Assembly: GCA_037445065.1 (NCBI GenBank)
Contig: JBBILD010000001.1
Coordinates: forward strand, 56,716-120,715
DNA: 64,000 bases
DNA from: Myxococcales bacterium
GTDB lineage: Bacteria; Desulfobacterota; Binatia; HRBIN30
Reading direction: 5' to 3'
In this document: positions 1 through 10,035 of the stretch, one piece after another
Position numbering within the stretch: the first letter of the stretch is position 1
How the letters are laid out: each line of letters opens with the position of its first letter
The notes under the pieces: model-generated
The model's database searches: none
Told to the model about the DNA's origin: nothing
The model's input: the letters and a program-made list of their open reading frames with translations, nothing else
Position numbers and translations under genes: made by a program

Positions 1-66
1 CGGGCTCCGCGCCCACTTGGCTTTGGAACGTGGCTTGAATCACCTGTTTTCGTTTCGGGGCAAGCG

Positions 67-2460
67 ATGATCGGCGCTAATCGGGAGAGGGAAGCGCGCG
101 TTGAGCGTTGGATGGTGGGAGTGGGTTGGTTTTTTGCGTGGATCCTTCCTGGCGTGGTCGCGGCACAACTCGCGGATTTGCAGATATGGAAGTCTGACGG
201 CGTCGCCACCGCCGTGCCAGGGCAGCCTATCACATACACGGTTACCGTCACGAATGCTGGACCTGATCCCGCTTTGGGGGCAATCGTGAGCGATGTCTTT
301 CCCGCCGCTTTGGTGGGGGTGGTCTGGACGTGCTCCGCGTCTCCTGGCTCCAGCTGCACGCCCGTAGGCAGTGGAAACATCAGTGACGCCGTTGATGTGT
401 TGGTGGGTGGGACCCTGACTTACACCGTCAATGGGACCATTGACCCGGGAGCGACTGGGTCTATCTCGAACACCGCGACGGTTACGGTGCTTGCGCCGGC
501 GACCGACCCCATGCCCTCCAATAACTCCAGTACAGACACCGACCTCCTGACGCCGCAGGCCGACCTAGGCGTTACGAAGACCGACTTTTCCTCTTCTGCC
601 GTTCCTGGGACTTGGGTGACCTACACAGTGACGGTGGTGAACAATGGGCCGAGCCACGCCACCGGTGCCCAAGTAATCGACTCCTTTCCCCCTGAGCTTC
701 AGTCGATCACTTGGACCTGCGCCGCCACTCCGGGATCCTCGTGCTCTTCCTCGGGCTCTGGAAACATCTCGGACACGGTGACCATCCGCGCTTCCGGTGC
801 GCTTACGTATTCGATTTCCGCATGGATCGATCCGGCGGCGACGGGCGTGTTAGTCAACTCGGCAAGTGTAAACCCGCCCCCAGGGGTCTCCGATCCGGGC
901 CCGTCGGCGAATTCAGACACGGACACGACCCTGCTTACGCCGCAGGCAAATTTGGCGGTGAGTAAAACGAATGGTACCAGCTCCGTAACCGCTGGTCTCA
1001 CCACGACGTATCAAATCCTAATTACCAATACGGGTCCGAGTGATGCTCCAGGCACAGCGGTGCAAGACTTCTTCCCCTCCGAGATCTCTTCTGCGGCTTG
1101 GTCATGCGTGGCTGCGGGAGGTGCGAGCTGCACTCCTTCTGGGACTGGGGACATCGACGAGCTTGTCGATTTACCTGCGGGCAGTTCCGTGTTGTTCACT
1201 GTGGTCGCGTCGGTCGACCCGTGTGCATCCGGTTTCGTCACGAACGGCGTGGACGTGGTTCCAGACTTTTCCGTTGTTGATCCTGACACCGCGGACAATT
1301 CTAGTTCTGACACGGACTCTATCATCCAAACTGCGGATCTGGCTTTGTCCGTGTCCGACTCGCCCGATCCCGTGCTTGTGTGTAATTTGCTCAGTTACCA
1401 AATCACGGTACGCAACATCGGCCCCTCATGTGCAAGCGGCATCGCTGTCACCAACACCTTGCCTGCAGGAGTCCCGTTTCTCGGCACCAGTGGCTCATGC
1501 AGTGTTTCGGGGGCTTCCCAGAACTGCTTAGTGAACGATCTCGCGCCGGGCGACGTAAACACCTTCGTGATCCAAGGCTTGGTGGACCGTTCCCTACGAG
1601 GAGCGGTGGTGGTCGATCAGACCGCGGTTACCTCGGTGACTTCTGACCCGGTAGCGGCAAACAACGCAATCGCCACGACCACCGAGATTAAACCGCGCGA
1701 CCCGTACACGATCAGCTTGACTGCTGCGCCGAGATACTTGCGGATTGGGGGGCAAAGCCGGGCCCGTTATCGAGTACGTGTTGCCAGTTTGTGTGACCCG
1801 ATGGTGGATTCCGAAGACGTGCTGGTCCGCAGCGTATTGCCTGTCGGATTATCGTTCCGCGGTGCCGAACCGCTGCCTACCTCTTCAGACGAAGCCGGCG
1901 CGGAATTTGAGTTCCCTCTCCTAGCGGGGGGAGAGTCCGTTGATTTGGAAATAGAGGCCGAGCTGAACGAAGACGCGGAGCCGGGAGCCGAGTTAGTGCA
2001 CTCGGTTCAGGTAGTAGATTCGCTCGGTCTGGGGGAGACCGCCTCGCAAGTGCTTTACGTTCGCCCGCTCCCAGACGTGCGCGGCAGGTTAGTGGTAAAG
2101 TTAGCCGTACCACGTAAGATTTCGGCTGGCGTGCAACTCCCCTCGCGTCTCGTCGTTGACAACAAGAGTGGGATACCGGCGGAAGACGTAGAGGCGATTT
2201 TGGTTTTGCCGTCCGAACTCACTTTAGTCTTGGCCGTCCCCCCGCCGAACTTTGAACTCGACTTTGGTGAACTGCGCGAGCTTCATTGGAACTTCCCGGC
2301 TGTGAAGCGTAAGCAAGTCATTCGATTATGGCACCTTTTGCCCGCTGATTTATTCCCCGGGGAGGTACTGAACTTCGTTGCCGAAGTTGAGGATTCCGAC
2401 GGGAACTTGGCGAGCAATCGGCGAGACGTGAGCATCCGAATGCCGCCCCGCGCTCGTTGA
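67..2460 (+). CDS. Secreted DUF11 (conserved repeat domain) Ig-like repeat surface protein
   Basis: Signal-like N-terminus (WFFAWILPGVVAAQ). Four clear repeats starting ADLxxxKxD/T with TYTVTVxNxGP and ending DPxxxNxSxTDTD, then further Ig-like domains. Start could be 112. Confidence 0.8.
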   Translation: MIGANREREARVERWMVGVGWFFAWILPGVVAAQLADLQIWKSDGVATAVPGQPITYTVTVTNAGPDPALGAIVSDVFPAALVGVVWTCSASPGSSCTPVGSGNISDAVDVLVGGTLTYTVNGTIDPGATGSISNTATVTVLAPATDPMPSNNSSTDTDLLTPQADLGVTKTDFSSSAVPGTWVTYTVTVVNNGPSHATGAQVIDSFPPELQSITWTCAATPGSSCSSSGSGNISDTVTIRASGALTYSISAWIDPAATGVLVNSASVNPPPGVSDPGPSANSDTDTTLLTPQANLAVSKTNGTSSVTAGLTTTYQILITNTGPSDAPGTAVQDFFPSEISSAAWSCVAAGGASCTPSGTGDIDELVDLPAGSSVLFTVVASVDPCASGFVTNGVDVVPDFSVVDPDTADNSSSDTDSIIQTADLALSVSDSPDPVLVCNLLSYQITVRNIGPSCASGIAVTNTLPAGVPFLGTSGSCSVSGASQNCLVNDLAPGDVNTFVIQGLVDRSLRGAVVVDQTAVTSVTSDPVAANNAIATTTEIKPRDPYTISLTAAPRYLRIGGQSRARYRVRVASLCDPMVDSEDVLVRSVLPVGLSFRGAEPLPTSSDEAGAEFEFPLLAGGESVDLEIEAELNEDAEPGAELVHSVQVVDSLGLGETASQVLYVRPLPDVRGRLVVKLAVPRKISAGVQLPSRLVVDNKSGIPAEDVEAILVLPSELTLVLAVPPPNFELDFGELRELHWNFPAVKRKQVIRLWHLLPADLFPGEVLNFVAEVEDSDGNLASNRRDVSIRMPPRAR

Positions 2461-2554
2461 TCCTTTTGGACGCGTCCGTTCAAGCAGGCCTTCGGCTTTC
2501 CCGAGTGCGGCATACCTTCGGAGTTTGAGCGTTGTCTTGTCAGAAGGTGGGCCG

Positions 2555-2570
2555 TGGCAAGGCAATTGCG
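2555..2570 (+). promoter_or_regulatory. Candidate sigma-54 (-24/-12) promoter upstream of the CBS gene
   Basis: TGGCAAGGCAATTGCG has GG-N10-GC spacing with TTGC at -12, ending 26 nt before ATG 2597. Confidence 0.55.
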
Positions 2571-2596
2571 TGTACTCGGAGCATGAGGACGAGCCG

Positions 2597-3151
2597 ATGC
2601 GAGTGAGAGATTGGATGACCCGTAACCCGATCACGGTGCAGGCTAGGGATCCTGTGCGACAGGCCGCCACCTTATTGGCTTCTAGGCGCGTGAACCAGCT
2701 CCCGGTGCTGGCAGGCGACCGCTTGGTCGGCATCATAACCGAGCGGGACATTCGCGAGGCTGTTTTCTGTTTGCTACCGGAGTGGAACTACGAACACCGA
2801 GAGACGTCTGTCCTGGATCTACGCGTGGAAGCAGTCATGACTCCCCACGTGCTCGTGGTGCAAGCTCAAGACGACCTGGTGCGAGCTGCCCGCCTGATGC
2901 GGCGGGAACGCTTGAACGCCCTTCCTGTGATGGATAGGCACCGTTTGGTTGGGATTTTGACCGGTTCAGACCTCGCCGTGGCGTTGATCAGTCTTTTATC
3001 GGCGGAGAGGCAGGCAGGGGGCGAGGGTCTCCGTGACGGAGGGTTCGGGGCACGGCATGACTCAAGGGGCGAAGCAAGCCTAGAAGGCGCATCATCGGCG
3101 GGTTACGCGGAGGAGGCTGGTTGCACCGGTCTTGGAAGAGGAGCTTCATGA
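2597..3151 (+). CDS. CBS domain pair protein (AcuB-like N-terminus)
   Basis: MRVRDWMTRNPITV...LPVLAGDRLVGIITERDI and VEAVMTPHV...LPVMDRHRLVGILTGSDL are two CBS motifs. Start moved to ATG 2597. Confidence 0.85.
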   Translation: MRVRDWMTRNPITVQARDPVRQAATLLASRRVNQLPVLAGDRLVGIITERDIREAVFCLLPEWNYEHRETSVLDLRVEAVMTPHVLVVQAQDDLVRAARLMRRERLNALPVMDRHRLVGILTGSDLAVALISLLSAERQAGGEGLRDGGFGARHDSRGEASLEGASSAGYAEEAGCTGLGRGAS

Positions 3152-3164
3152 CAGGAGGCATTAC

Positions 3165-3377
3165 ATGTCGAGAACCATGGCGGATATCGGTTTGGCCGCG
3201 GGAGATGTTTGGCGCTGTTTGGCGGAACATGGTCCAGCATCTGCCGACGTTGTGAAGCGGCGAACGAAGCTGGGTAGTAACGTTTTTTACGCAGCTGTGG
3301 GCTGGTTGGCACGCGAAGACAAATTGACGATCCGTGAAGAAGGTCGGAAATTGATTCTGGAGCTGAAAAACGCCTAA
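3165..3377 (+). CDS. Small winged-helix protein (DUF2582-like)
   Basis: IGLAAGDVWRCL...AVGWLAREDKL signature. AGGAGG RBS at 3153-3158. Confidence 0.8.
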   Translation: MSRTMADIGLAAGDVWRCLAEHGPASADVVKRRTKLGSNVFYAAVGWLAREDKLTIREEGRKLILELKNA

Positions 3378-3398
3378 CCGAGTTTCGCACGCACCATG

Positions 3399-4721
3399 TT
3401 ACGGCTTTGCCGCGGGCAGGGATAGAATGAAGGTAGAACCCACCCCGAGGGTGCTCTCGACGGTGAGTTCGCCACCCATGGCCGTCGCCAGGCGTGCCGA
3501 AAGTGCTAGGCCAATTCCGACCCCACCCGCCTGGTGACCCGCTGCCCCCTGCCGGAAAGGTTCAAAAAGATGGGGGAGCTCTTCCGCACGGATGCCAGGG
3601 CCGGTATCGCGGACAAAGATTTGAACTTGGCCGTTATGACCAGTTTGTGCGCTGAGGGTGATCTGACCGCGTTCGGTGAATTTCGCGGCGTTGGAAAGCA
3701 AGTTCAGAAGGATCTGCTCCAGCCGGTGTGGGTCTGCTCGGACAAACAGGTCACCCGCTGGGCTCACCTCGAATCGTACAGGCTTTCCACTGAGGCGTGG
3801 CTCGATAAAGGTCCGCATTTCCTGGAAGATAGGATCGAGGGCAACCCGCGAGGTCTTAATCGCAAGCTTGCCAGCTTCGATTCGCGACAAATCTAACAAG
3901 TCGGCGATCAAAAAGACCAGCGTACGCGACGTCCGCGCGATGCGCTCGACCGCGTCGCGCGCTTCCGCGCTGAGCGGGCCAAACTCTCCCTCAGCCAACA
4001 GGTCTACGTAGCCGGTGATGATGTTTAAAGGCGTGCGCAGTTCGTGCGAGACACTGGCTAAGAATTCGTTTTTCGCGGCGTTTGCCTGCTGCAAGGCTCG
4101 GTTGGCTTGCTCCAAAGCCTCGTTGGAACGTCGTAGTTCGGCCGCCTGCAGATAGAGAGCTTGCCGTTGGTGATCGAGAAAAGCTGCGCCCAGTACCGTG
4201 AGAATGCCTATCGCCACCAGCCCGAGCAGATGCATGCTAGCCGGGACGAGAGGTTGGGCCCCCGCAGCCAACGCCAACCCAAAGCCGGCGACACCCGCTC
4301 CCGAAACGAAACTCTGGGCGCGCCACCCCCAGGGCATCGATACCATCGAACCCACAAGGACGTAGAGGAGCGCGAGCGCCAGCACGTCGCCTGTGGAGCG
4401 GACGATTATGTGATAAGCGGTGATGCACGCGATCAAGGCTACCGCCGCGACTGTAGCGACCAAGCGCGCATGGTTTTGAAAACGGTGCGGACGTACCAGC
4501 GATCCGGCCGCCGCGAGCACAGCGAGTTCGACGCCGTAGAGAATCGCGTACACCGTATCTCGATCGGGGAATGCACGGTGTTCAAGAACCCAGGCAAGTC
4601 CCAGAACCGCTGCGAACGCCAGAGCTGCAGCCGGAAGTCGCTCCGCGACCCTACGGTTTACGTCAGCCATGTAGGATGCGGTAAGTTCCGCTTCGGCCCG
4701 CACGTGACGTTTATAATCCAT
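3399..4721 (-). CDS. Membrane sensor histidine kinase
   Basis: About 6 TM segments. H-box FLASVSHELRTPL, N-box NLLSNAAKFT, G boxes DTGPGI and GVGIGL. Confidence 0.9.
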   Translation of the reverse strand: MDYKRHVRAEAELTASYMADVNRRVAERLPAAALAFAAVLGLAWVLEHRAFPDRDTVYAILYGVELAVLAAAGSLVRPHRFQNHARLVATVAAVALIACITAYHIIVRSTGDVLALALLYVLVGSMVSMPWGWRAQSFVSGAGVAGFGLALAAGAQPLVPASMHLLGLVAIGILTVLGAAFLDHQRQALYLQAAELRRSNEALEQANRALQQANAAKNEFLASVSHELRTPLNIITGYVDLLAEGEFGPLSAEARDAVERIARTSRTLVFLIADLLDLSRIEAGKLAIKTSRVALDPIFQEMRTFIEPRLSGKPVRFEVSPAGDLFVRADPHRLEQILLNLLSNAAKFTERGQITLSAQTGHNGQVQIFVRDTGPGIRAEELPHLFEPFRQGAAGHQAGGVGIGLALSARLATAMGGELTVESTLGVGSTFILSLPAAKP

Positions 4722-4776
4722 CGGTTGCGGTGGTGCCAACGGAAGGCAAAGGAAACGGGATGCTTGGAGGCTGCTC

Positions 4777-5664
4777 GTGGTGAGATGCGCGCTGATCGTT
4801 CATGGGGGAGCGGGTCGAATCAACGAATCAGAAAAGGACGGCATCCTATCGGGCTTGCAGGAAGCGGCGGCGCGCGGTTTCCGTTTGCTACGTGAAGGGC
4901 TGAGCGCGGTCGAAGCGGCGGTGGAGGCTGTGGGATTTCTCGAAGACAATGTCTTGTTCAACGCTGGTCGAGGTTCGGTCGCGACGTTCGAGGGTTCGAT
5001 CGAGATGGATGCGTCAGTGATGGACGGTAAGTCCCTCCGCGCCGGTGCGGTAGCGGGGGTGCGCACCATTCGGCATCCGGCACGCTTGGCTGCCGCGATC
5101 TTGCGGCAAGGTCGGGAGGTATTTCTGGCTGGGGAAGCGGCGGAGCGGTGGGGCAGGGTTTGGGGACTGGAATCCTGGGACCCGATTGACCTTGCCGAAG
5201 GGGCTCGCACGAACCACGGGCTGGTTCGCAACTCTGTGGGAACGGTTGGCGCCATCGCGATGGATCGGCGAGGCCATTTAGCAGCGGCGACGTCCACGGG
5301 CGGCCGAGCTGGAAAGCGGGAGGGACGGATTGGTGATTCCGCTGTGATCGGGGCGGGTACGTATGCCGATGACGAGTCAGGCGCAGCTTCGGCTACCGGT
5401 TACGGTGAGGCGATCTTGCGGGTTTCTCTGGCCCACTTTGCGGTACGCCAGCTAGAAGCAGGGCGGGCGCCACAGGTTGTGGCCGAAGAGAGCCTGGCAC
5501 GACTGGGACGTCTGACTGGGGGGCATGCGGGGCTGATCTTGTTAGACCGACTCGGCCGCTGCGGAGCGGCAACGAACACGGCCCATATGCCCGTCGCATG
5601 GATGAAGGCGGGCATGGCGTGCCCACAAGCTCGTATGAGTCCATCGTGGGAGATGGTGCGTTAA
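4777..5664 (+). CDS. iaaA: Isoaspartyl peptidase / L-asparaginase (Ntn hydrolase)
   Basis: IVHGGAG, FNAGRGS, EMDASVMDG, GTVGAIA (autocleavage Thr), ATSTGG, GRIGDS. Confidence 0.9.
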   Translation: MVRCALIVHGGAGRINESEKDGILSGLQEAAARGFRLLREGLSAVEAAVEAVGFLEDNVLFNAGRGSVATFEGSIEMDASVMDGKSLRAGAVAGVRTIRHPARLAAAILRQGREVFLAGEAAERWGRVWGLESWDPIDLAEGARTNHGLVRNSVGTVGAIAMDRRGHLAAATSTGGRAGKREGRIGDSAVIGAGTYADDESGAASATGYGEAILRVSLAHFAVRQLEAGRAPQVVAEESLARLGRLTGGHAGLILLDRLGRCGAATNTAHMPVAWMKAGMACPQARMSPSWEMVR

Positions 5665-5679
5665 AGGAGCGAAGATCCA

Positions 5680-6450
5680 GTGCCAGAATTGACGGCAAAG
5701 TTCTTTGGCTCAGAAATTCCATGGTGGAGGCTTAGCTGGGGACTGTTGGCGGATGCCTTGGTTGCCGCTTGGACAATCCTTCTCGCGATCCCTGCAATTG
5801 TGTTTACGCTGTTGGCCCGTCGCACCTGGCTCATTGACTTCTTGGCGCCGGTCTGGAGCCGCGGCGTTCTGTGGATTTGCGGTGTGCGGGTGGAAGTTCA
5901 GGGTCTCGAAAACTTGGACCCCCACCGCTCCTACGTTTTGATCGCCAACCACGCGAGCAATTTCGACATTTGGGTGATGCTGGCAGCGTTACCACTCCGG
6001 CTGCGCTTTGTCGCGAAGCAGGAGTTACTGCGGGTTCCGTTTTTCGGAACGGCCCTTGCTCTGAGCGACCACATTGTCATCGATCGTTCCAATCCGGAGG
6101 ACGCGGTCCGAAGGATCAATGAGCGGGTGGCGGCACAAGCGCAGCGCGGTAAGCCATTTTGTTTACTTTTTTTTGCGGAAGGTACGCGTAGCCCTGACGG
6201 GACGATTCTGCCCTTTAAAAAAGGGGGTGTAACGCTGGCGTTGCGTTCTGGGTTGCCAGTGGTTCCTGTGGCAATTAGCGGCACACGCAAATTGCTCCCG
6301 AAGAATGCGATTCTCATCCGGCCTGGAGGGAAGGTAAAGCTGGTTTTGGCGAAGCCGATCGAAACAACGGGCATGACGTTAGAGGGTCGTGATGAGTTGA
6401 ACGAGCGGGTTCGGCAAACGGTGATCGCAAACTACGACCCAGGTTATTGA
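5680..6450 (+). CDS. plsC: 1-acyl-sn-glycerol-3-phosphate acyltransferase (PlsC family)
   Basis: NHASNFD (NHxxxxD), FVAKQEL, FAEGTRS, FKKG motifs. Confidence 0.85.
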   Translation: MPELTAKFFGSEIPWWRLSWGLLADALVAAWTILLAIPAIVFTLLARRTWLIDFLAPVWSRGVLWICGVRVEVQGLENLDPHRSYVLIANHASNFDIWVMLAALPLRLRFVAKQELLRVPFFGTALALSDHIVIDRSNPEDAVRRINERVAAQAQRGKPFCLLFFAEGTRSPDGTILPFKKGGVTLALRSGLPVVPVAISGTRKLLPKNAILIRPGGKVKLVLAKPIETTGMTLEGRDELNERVRQTVIANYDPGY

Positions 6451-6572
6451 TCTATTTCCCACCGCCCTTCGGGGTGACGCCTGGAGGCGAGGCAATTTCT
6501 CTTGCATGCCTGAGTCGTGCGCTGTCACATGGGTCACGGGGCCGGAGTGTTGGGCCAGGATGGGCTTTCATG

Positions 6573-8627
6573 TCACCAATGCGTGTCGTGTTGCGCCCCG
6601 GTTTCGGCCGCAGCAAGAAACGCTTGCGTTTTATCGGCTGGAACACCGAGAAGTTCGCCGATACGAAGGCTTGCCGCCAGCGCGTAGAGTTCGCTTTGCC
6701 CAGCCCAGTCCCTGCGCAACGGAAACGTCGAATTGCTCGCTTTGGCGAGCCAGCCAGAATGCGTGCGGATAAAACATTCGGACCCGAACCACTGAGCGCT
6801 GCGCAGACCATCGAGCGTTCTTAACGCCGGATCGTCGGCACAAGCCAGAATCACTTTCTGCCGGGAGCGCATCCTAGCGCAAAGAACTTCAATTTCCTGC
6901 AAGAGGAGTCTTACCAACTCTGGGTCCCCAGCAGGAGGATGCGCGACCGGGGTGACGACGGCGAGATCCGGTTCGACAACATCCAGGAGCGCGCGCATGT
7001 CACCAGGAGCAGCGATCCCTAGCTCCAAAATTAAAACATCGCATTTCGTGGGCGAGACTGCACCGAGGATACAGCGCAGCAACGCTTCGACGCGACCTAT
7101 GTGATGTATCCGCACGTTTAGGATCGCTAATGGAAGCCCGATTTGGGTATTGTACGAGAGCGGGTTGGACCTCACCTGAAAGTGTTGCCCAAGGTACCCG
7201 GTCAAAGTCCGTTTGACCACGGTTTTCCCCCGGCCACCCGTAATTCCGATAATGATCGGCCTGTGTCGCAGTGCCGCCTTTGTCAATGTTTTCAGCGTCA
7301 AACTAGCGAGCCTGCGCCGGAGCTTGGAAGGACGGCTCCCAAGAGAACCCACTGGCTGAAAGCCAATGCCTGCACGCTTTAGCACCTGAAGTTCGCGAGT
7401 TTTCGGCAAAAAGAAGTCGCGGATGCGTTCAAAGGCACGATCGATCTCCTCGGTCGAACGCGCGAAGCAAAAGCGTAAGTGCCCCTCTCCCGTAGGACCG
7501 AATGCAACACCAGGGACGACGGCGACCTTGGCGACGCGCAAGAGTTCCCGTGCAAGGCGCATAGAGTCGCGTGCACAAGGGACGCCGTCTTTAATGCGTG
7601 GAAAGGCAAAGTACGAGGCCTGTGGTGTCTGGTAGTCAAACACCCAAGGCAACGAATCCAAATGCTCGATCATTCTCCGCCTGCGCGCCCGGAGTTCTTC
7701 CCGGAATCGTCGCACTAGTTTTTCGCCGTGCTCCAATGCCGCAAGGGCTCCGTACTGAGACGCAACGGGCGCACAGGTTACTAATGCGTCATGGGCGCGG
7801 AGGATACGTGCCGCGAGGTTCCGGTCCGTGTGCAGAAAGCCGACTCGCCAGCCAGTCATGGCGAACGCCTTAGAGAACGAGCAAATGCGGACCGTTCGGT
7901 GGCGGAAGTCCGGCCATCGGGCGGGACTCATGACCGGTCGCTCCACGTAAACAAAATCCTTGTAAACCTCATCAGAAATGACAATCAGGTTGTGTCGCTC
8001 AGCGAGATCGAGAAGCGAGCGAACCGCCTCTGGTGAGAAGATCGTGCCGGTTGGGTTGTTTGGCTGGGCAATGAGGATTGCGCGGGTGCGCGAGGTCACT
8101 GCCTGTCGGCAACGCTCCGGATCGAGATCGAAACTCCTGTCTTCGTCGAGTGGAACGAAGCGCGCGTGTAGTCCGGCTAGCTTCAACGCGCTGAGATACG
8201 AGGTGTACGAGGGTGAGGGTAGAAGCACCTCGCATCCGGGTTCGAACAGTGCCAGCAGTGATGCGCTCAGACCTTCGATCGATCCGCAGGTGACGATGAT
8301 TTCGGAGTCAGGATCGTAGTGCATCCCGTCCTGCTTCAACGTTTCGGCGATTTGCTCGCGCAGTCGTGGCAGGCCCGGGGACAGGGTGTACCGCGCACAA
8401 GAGCCGTCGCGGATGTGTTGAACGACGAACTGCTTGATTTCCTCCGGGGTATCGAAACTAGGGATCCCTTGCGCGAGCGAGATTACGTCTGGGAGACCTG
8501 CTGCTTCCAGTTCGATGGCCTTGATCGGCGAGAGTACGAGTTCTTCCCACGGGCGTGGTGCAAGCGTACCCCAAAGTGAGGGATCCTCTGCCAATTGGCG
8601 TTTGCGGCTACCGTTCCTCTCGGCCAT
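6573..8627 (-). CDS. PLP-dependent aminotransferase class I/II fused to a C-terminal MurF-like ligase central domain
   Basis: N-terminal part has PNNPTG, SDEVY and SFSKAFAMTGWRVG (PLP Lys). C-terminal part has IIGITGGRGKT, SYNTQIGLPLAIL, LILELG and PDLAVVT. Start ATG 8627 overlaps the upstream gene. Confidence 0.8.
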   Translation of the reverse strand: MAERNGSRKRQLAEDPSLWGTLAPRPWEELVLSPIKAIELEAAGLPDVISLAQGIPSFDTPEEIKQFVVQHIRDGSCARYTLSPGLPRLREQIAETLKQDGMHYDPDSEIIVTCGSIEGLSASLLALFEPGCEVLLPSPSYTSYLSALKLAGLHARFVPLDEDRSFDLDPERCRQAVTSRTRAILIAQPNNPTGTIFSPEAVRSLLDLAERHNLIVISDEVYKDFVYVERPVMSPARWPDFRHRTVRICSFSKAFAMTGWRVGFLHTDRNLAARILRAHDALVTCAPVASQYGALAALEHGEKLVRRFREELRARRRRMIEHLDSLPWVFDYQTPQASYFAFPRIKDGVPCARDSMRLARELLRVAKVAVVPGVAFGPTGEGHLRFCFARSTEEIDRAFERIRDFFLPKTRELQVLKRAGIGFQPVGSLGSRPSKLRRRLASLTLKTLTKAALRHRPIIIGITGGRGKTVVKRTLTGYLGQHFQVRSNPLSYNTQIGLPLAILNVRIHHIGRVEALLRCILGAVSPTKCDVLILELGIAAPGDMRALLDVVEPDLAVVTPVAHPPAGDPELVRLLLQEIEVLCARMRSRQKVILACADDPALRTLDGLRSAQWFGSECFIRTHSGWLAKASNSTFPLRRDWAGQSELYALAASLRIGELLGVPADKTQAFLAAAETGAQHDTHW

Positions 8628-9294
8628 GGTCCGTCCTGCGACTGGAACTGCCGAGCACGCGCTCGCATAGCGCAGCACTCGCATGTTCCGGTGTGCCGTC
8701 GAGGAGGAGTGCTTCCCATCGCCCCTGCCTCTCGCACACAACATGCACGGAACCCAGAGCGATATCGAGCTGCGCGATCGCGTGCTCCTGGCCCTCCATC
8801 AGGTGGGTGAGTAAGGTGCGGATAACGCCCTTGTGGAGCACGAATAAGGTGTGACGGGGCAAGTTCGGCCGCAGTCGTTCGAACGTCTGCCAAACGCGCT
8901 GGCGAAAGACGGGCACTGCCTCTCCACCCGGGTATGCGAAGTTTTCTGGGTGCTCGCGCCAGAGTTGATATCTCAAGGGATCTGCAGCTTTGATCTCTTG
9001 CTCCGTTAGGCCTTCCCATTCCCCGAAACAAATCTCGTCAAAGCCAGCGAGGGCGATCTGCTGAACTCCAGGGGCGATCAGCGAGGCGGCTTCCCGGCAG
9101 CGAGCGAGCGTGCTGGTGACTGCGATATCGAAGCACAGGCGTATGCGGTTGCAAATCGTGGCCACTGCACGCATCTGTCCTCGGCCAAGGTCGCTAAGTG
9201 GGACGTCCGTTTGCCCGTAGTAGCGGATCCGCGAGCCTCCGGTGGTTTCGCCGTGGCGCACAAAGACGAGACTCCGGCCGGGAAGTCGGCTCAT
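8608..9294 (-). CDS. Histidine phosphatase family protein (CobC/phosphoglycerate mutase-like)
   Basis: VRHGET motif, DVPLSDLG, EICFGEWEG, PGGE and LHKGVI. Confidence 0.9.
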   Translation of the reverse strand: MSRLPGRSLVFVRHGETTGGSRIRYYGQTDVPLSDLGRGQMRAVATICNRIRLCFDIAVTSTLARCREAASLIAPGVQQIALAGFDEICFGEWEGLTEQEIKAADPLRYQLWREHPENFAYPGGEAVPVFRQRVWQTFERLRPNLPRHTLFVLHKGVIRTLLTHLMEGQEHAIAQLDIALGSVHVVCERQGRWEALLLDGTPEHASAALCERVLGSSSRRTDHGREER

Positions 9295-9297
9295 GGC

Positions 9298-10035
9298 TCA
9301 AAAGGAGACCCGTCGCATAATGGCTCGGGGTAACGAGCGAATCAAAGCCATCACAAGGCGCCACGTCGGGGGCGCGTAAACGACCGGCTGACCTGTGAGC
9401 AAGGCACGAACGACGACGCGTGCCACCTGATCCGGTCTGCCAGCGAGCGGCGGGGCCGGTAGGCCGGCAGTCATTTGAGTGTGAACGAAGCCGGGCCGGA
9501 CTTCGACGACCCTAAGACCTTGACCGCGATACTTGTGGTCCAGTCCTTCCAAGTAATAACGTAGGCCCGCTTTACTCGCGCCATAGAGAATGACCGGCTT
9601 CCGTGCGCGGTCGCCTGCAACCGACGTAAACACACAAAGCGTGCCGCCCCCGTTGGAGAGGAGCCGCGCCTTTGCGACTTCACAAAACAATATCGTATGG
9701 GTGAAATTAACGGTCAAAAGTTCGCGGAGTTGGCCCAGGTGCCGTTCGAGGTTTGATTGCTGAGCAAACAAACCGGCCGTGACAACGACCGTGTCCAGCC
9801 CGCCCACCGCCTCCTCCGCTTGTTGGAGCGCCGGCTCGAAGCAGGCAGGATCCAGCAAGTCGCACCACACTGTGGCCACCGAGCCTTGGGCTCCATGGAC
9901 TTCCAAGTCCCTTGCAGAGCGCAGAAGTTGCTCTGGGTCTCTGCCCAGAAGCACGATTCGGGCTCCCTTCTCCGCTAGAGCGCGCGCCAATGCCCTCCCC
10001 ATTCCACTTGTTGCCCCGAGCAACGCGACCTTCAT
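9298..10035 (-). CDS. Short-chain dehydrogenase, DprE2-like (decaprenylphosphoryl-2-keto-pentose reductase)
   Basis: GATSGMG, SVAGDRAR, YGASKAG and RPGFVHTQMT. ATGA overlap with the dprE1-like gene. Confidence 0.8.
   Translation of the reverse strand: MKVALLGATSGMGRALARALAEKGARIVLLGRDPEQLLRSARDLEVHGAQGSVATVWCDLLDPACFEPALQQAEEAVGGLDTVVVTAGLFAQQSNLERHLGQLRELLTVNFTHTILFCEVAKARLLSNGGGTLCVFTSVAGDRARKPVILYGASKAGLRYYLEGLDHKYRGQGLRVVEVRPGFVHTQMTAGLPAPPLAGRPDQVARVVVRALLTGQPVVYAPPTWRLVMALIRSLPRAIMRRVSF

Noticed and set aside
160-1700. Repeated sequence blocks near the window start
   Set aside because: They are explained by DUF11 protein-domain repeats within one CDS.
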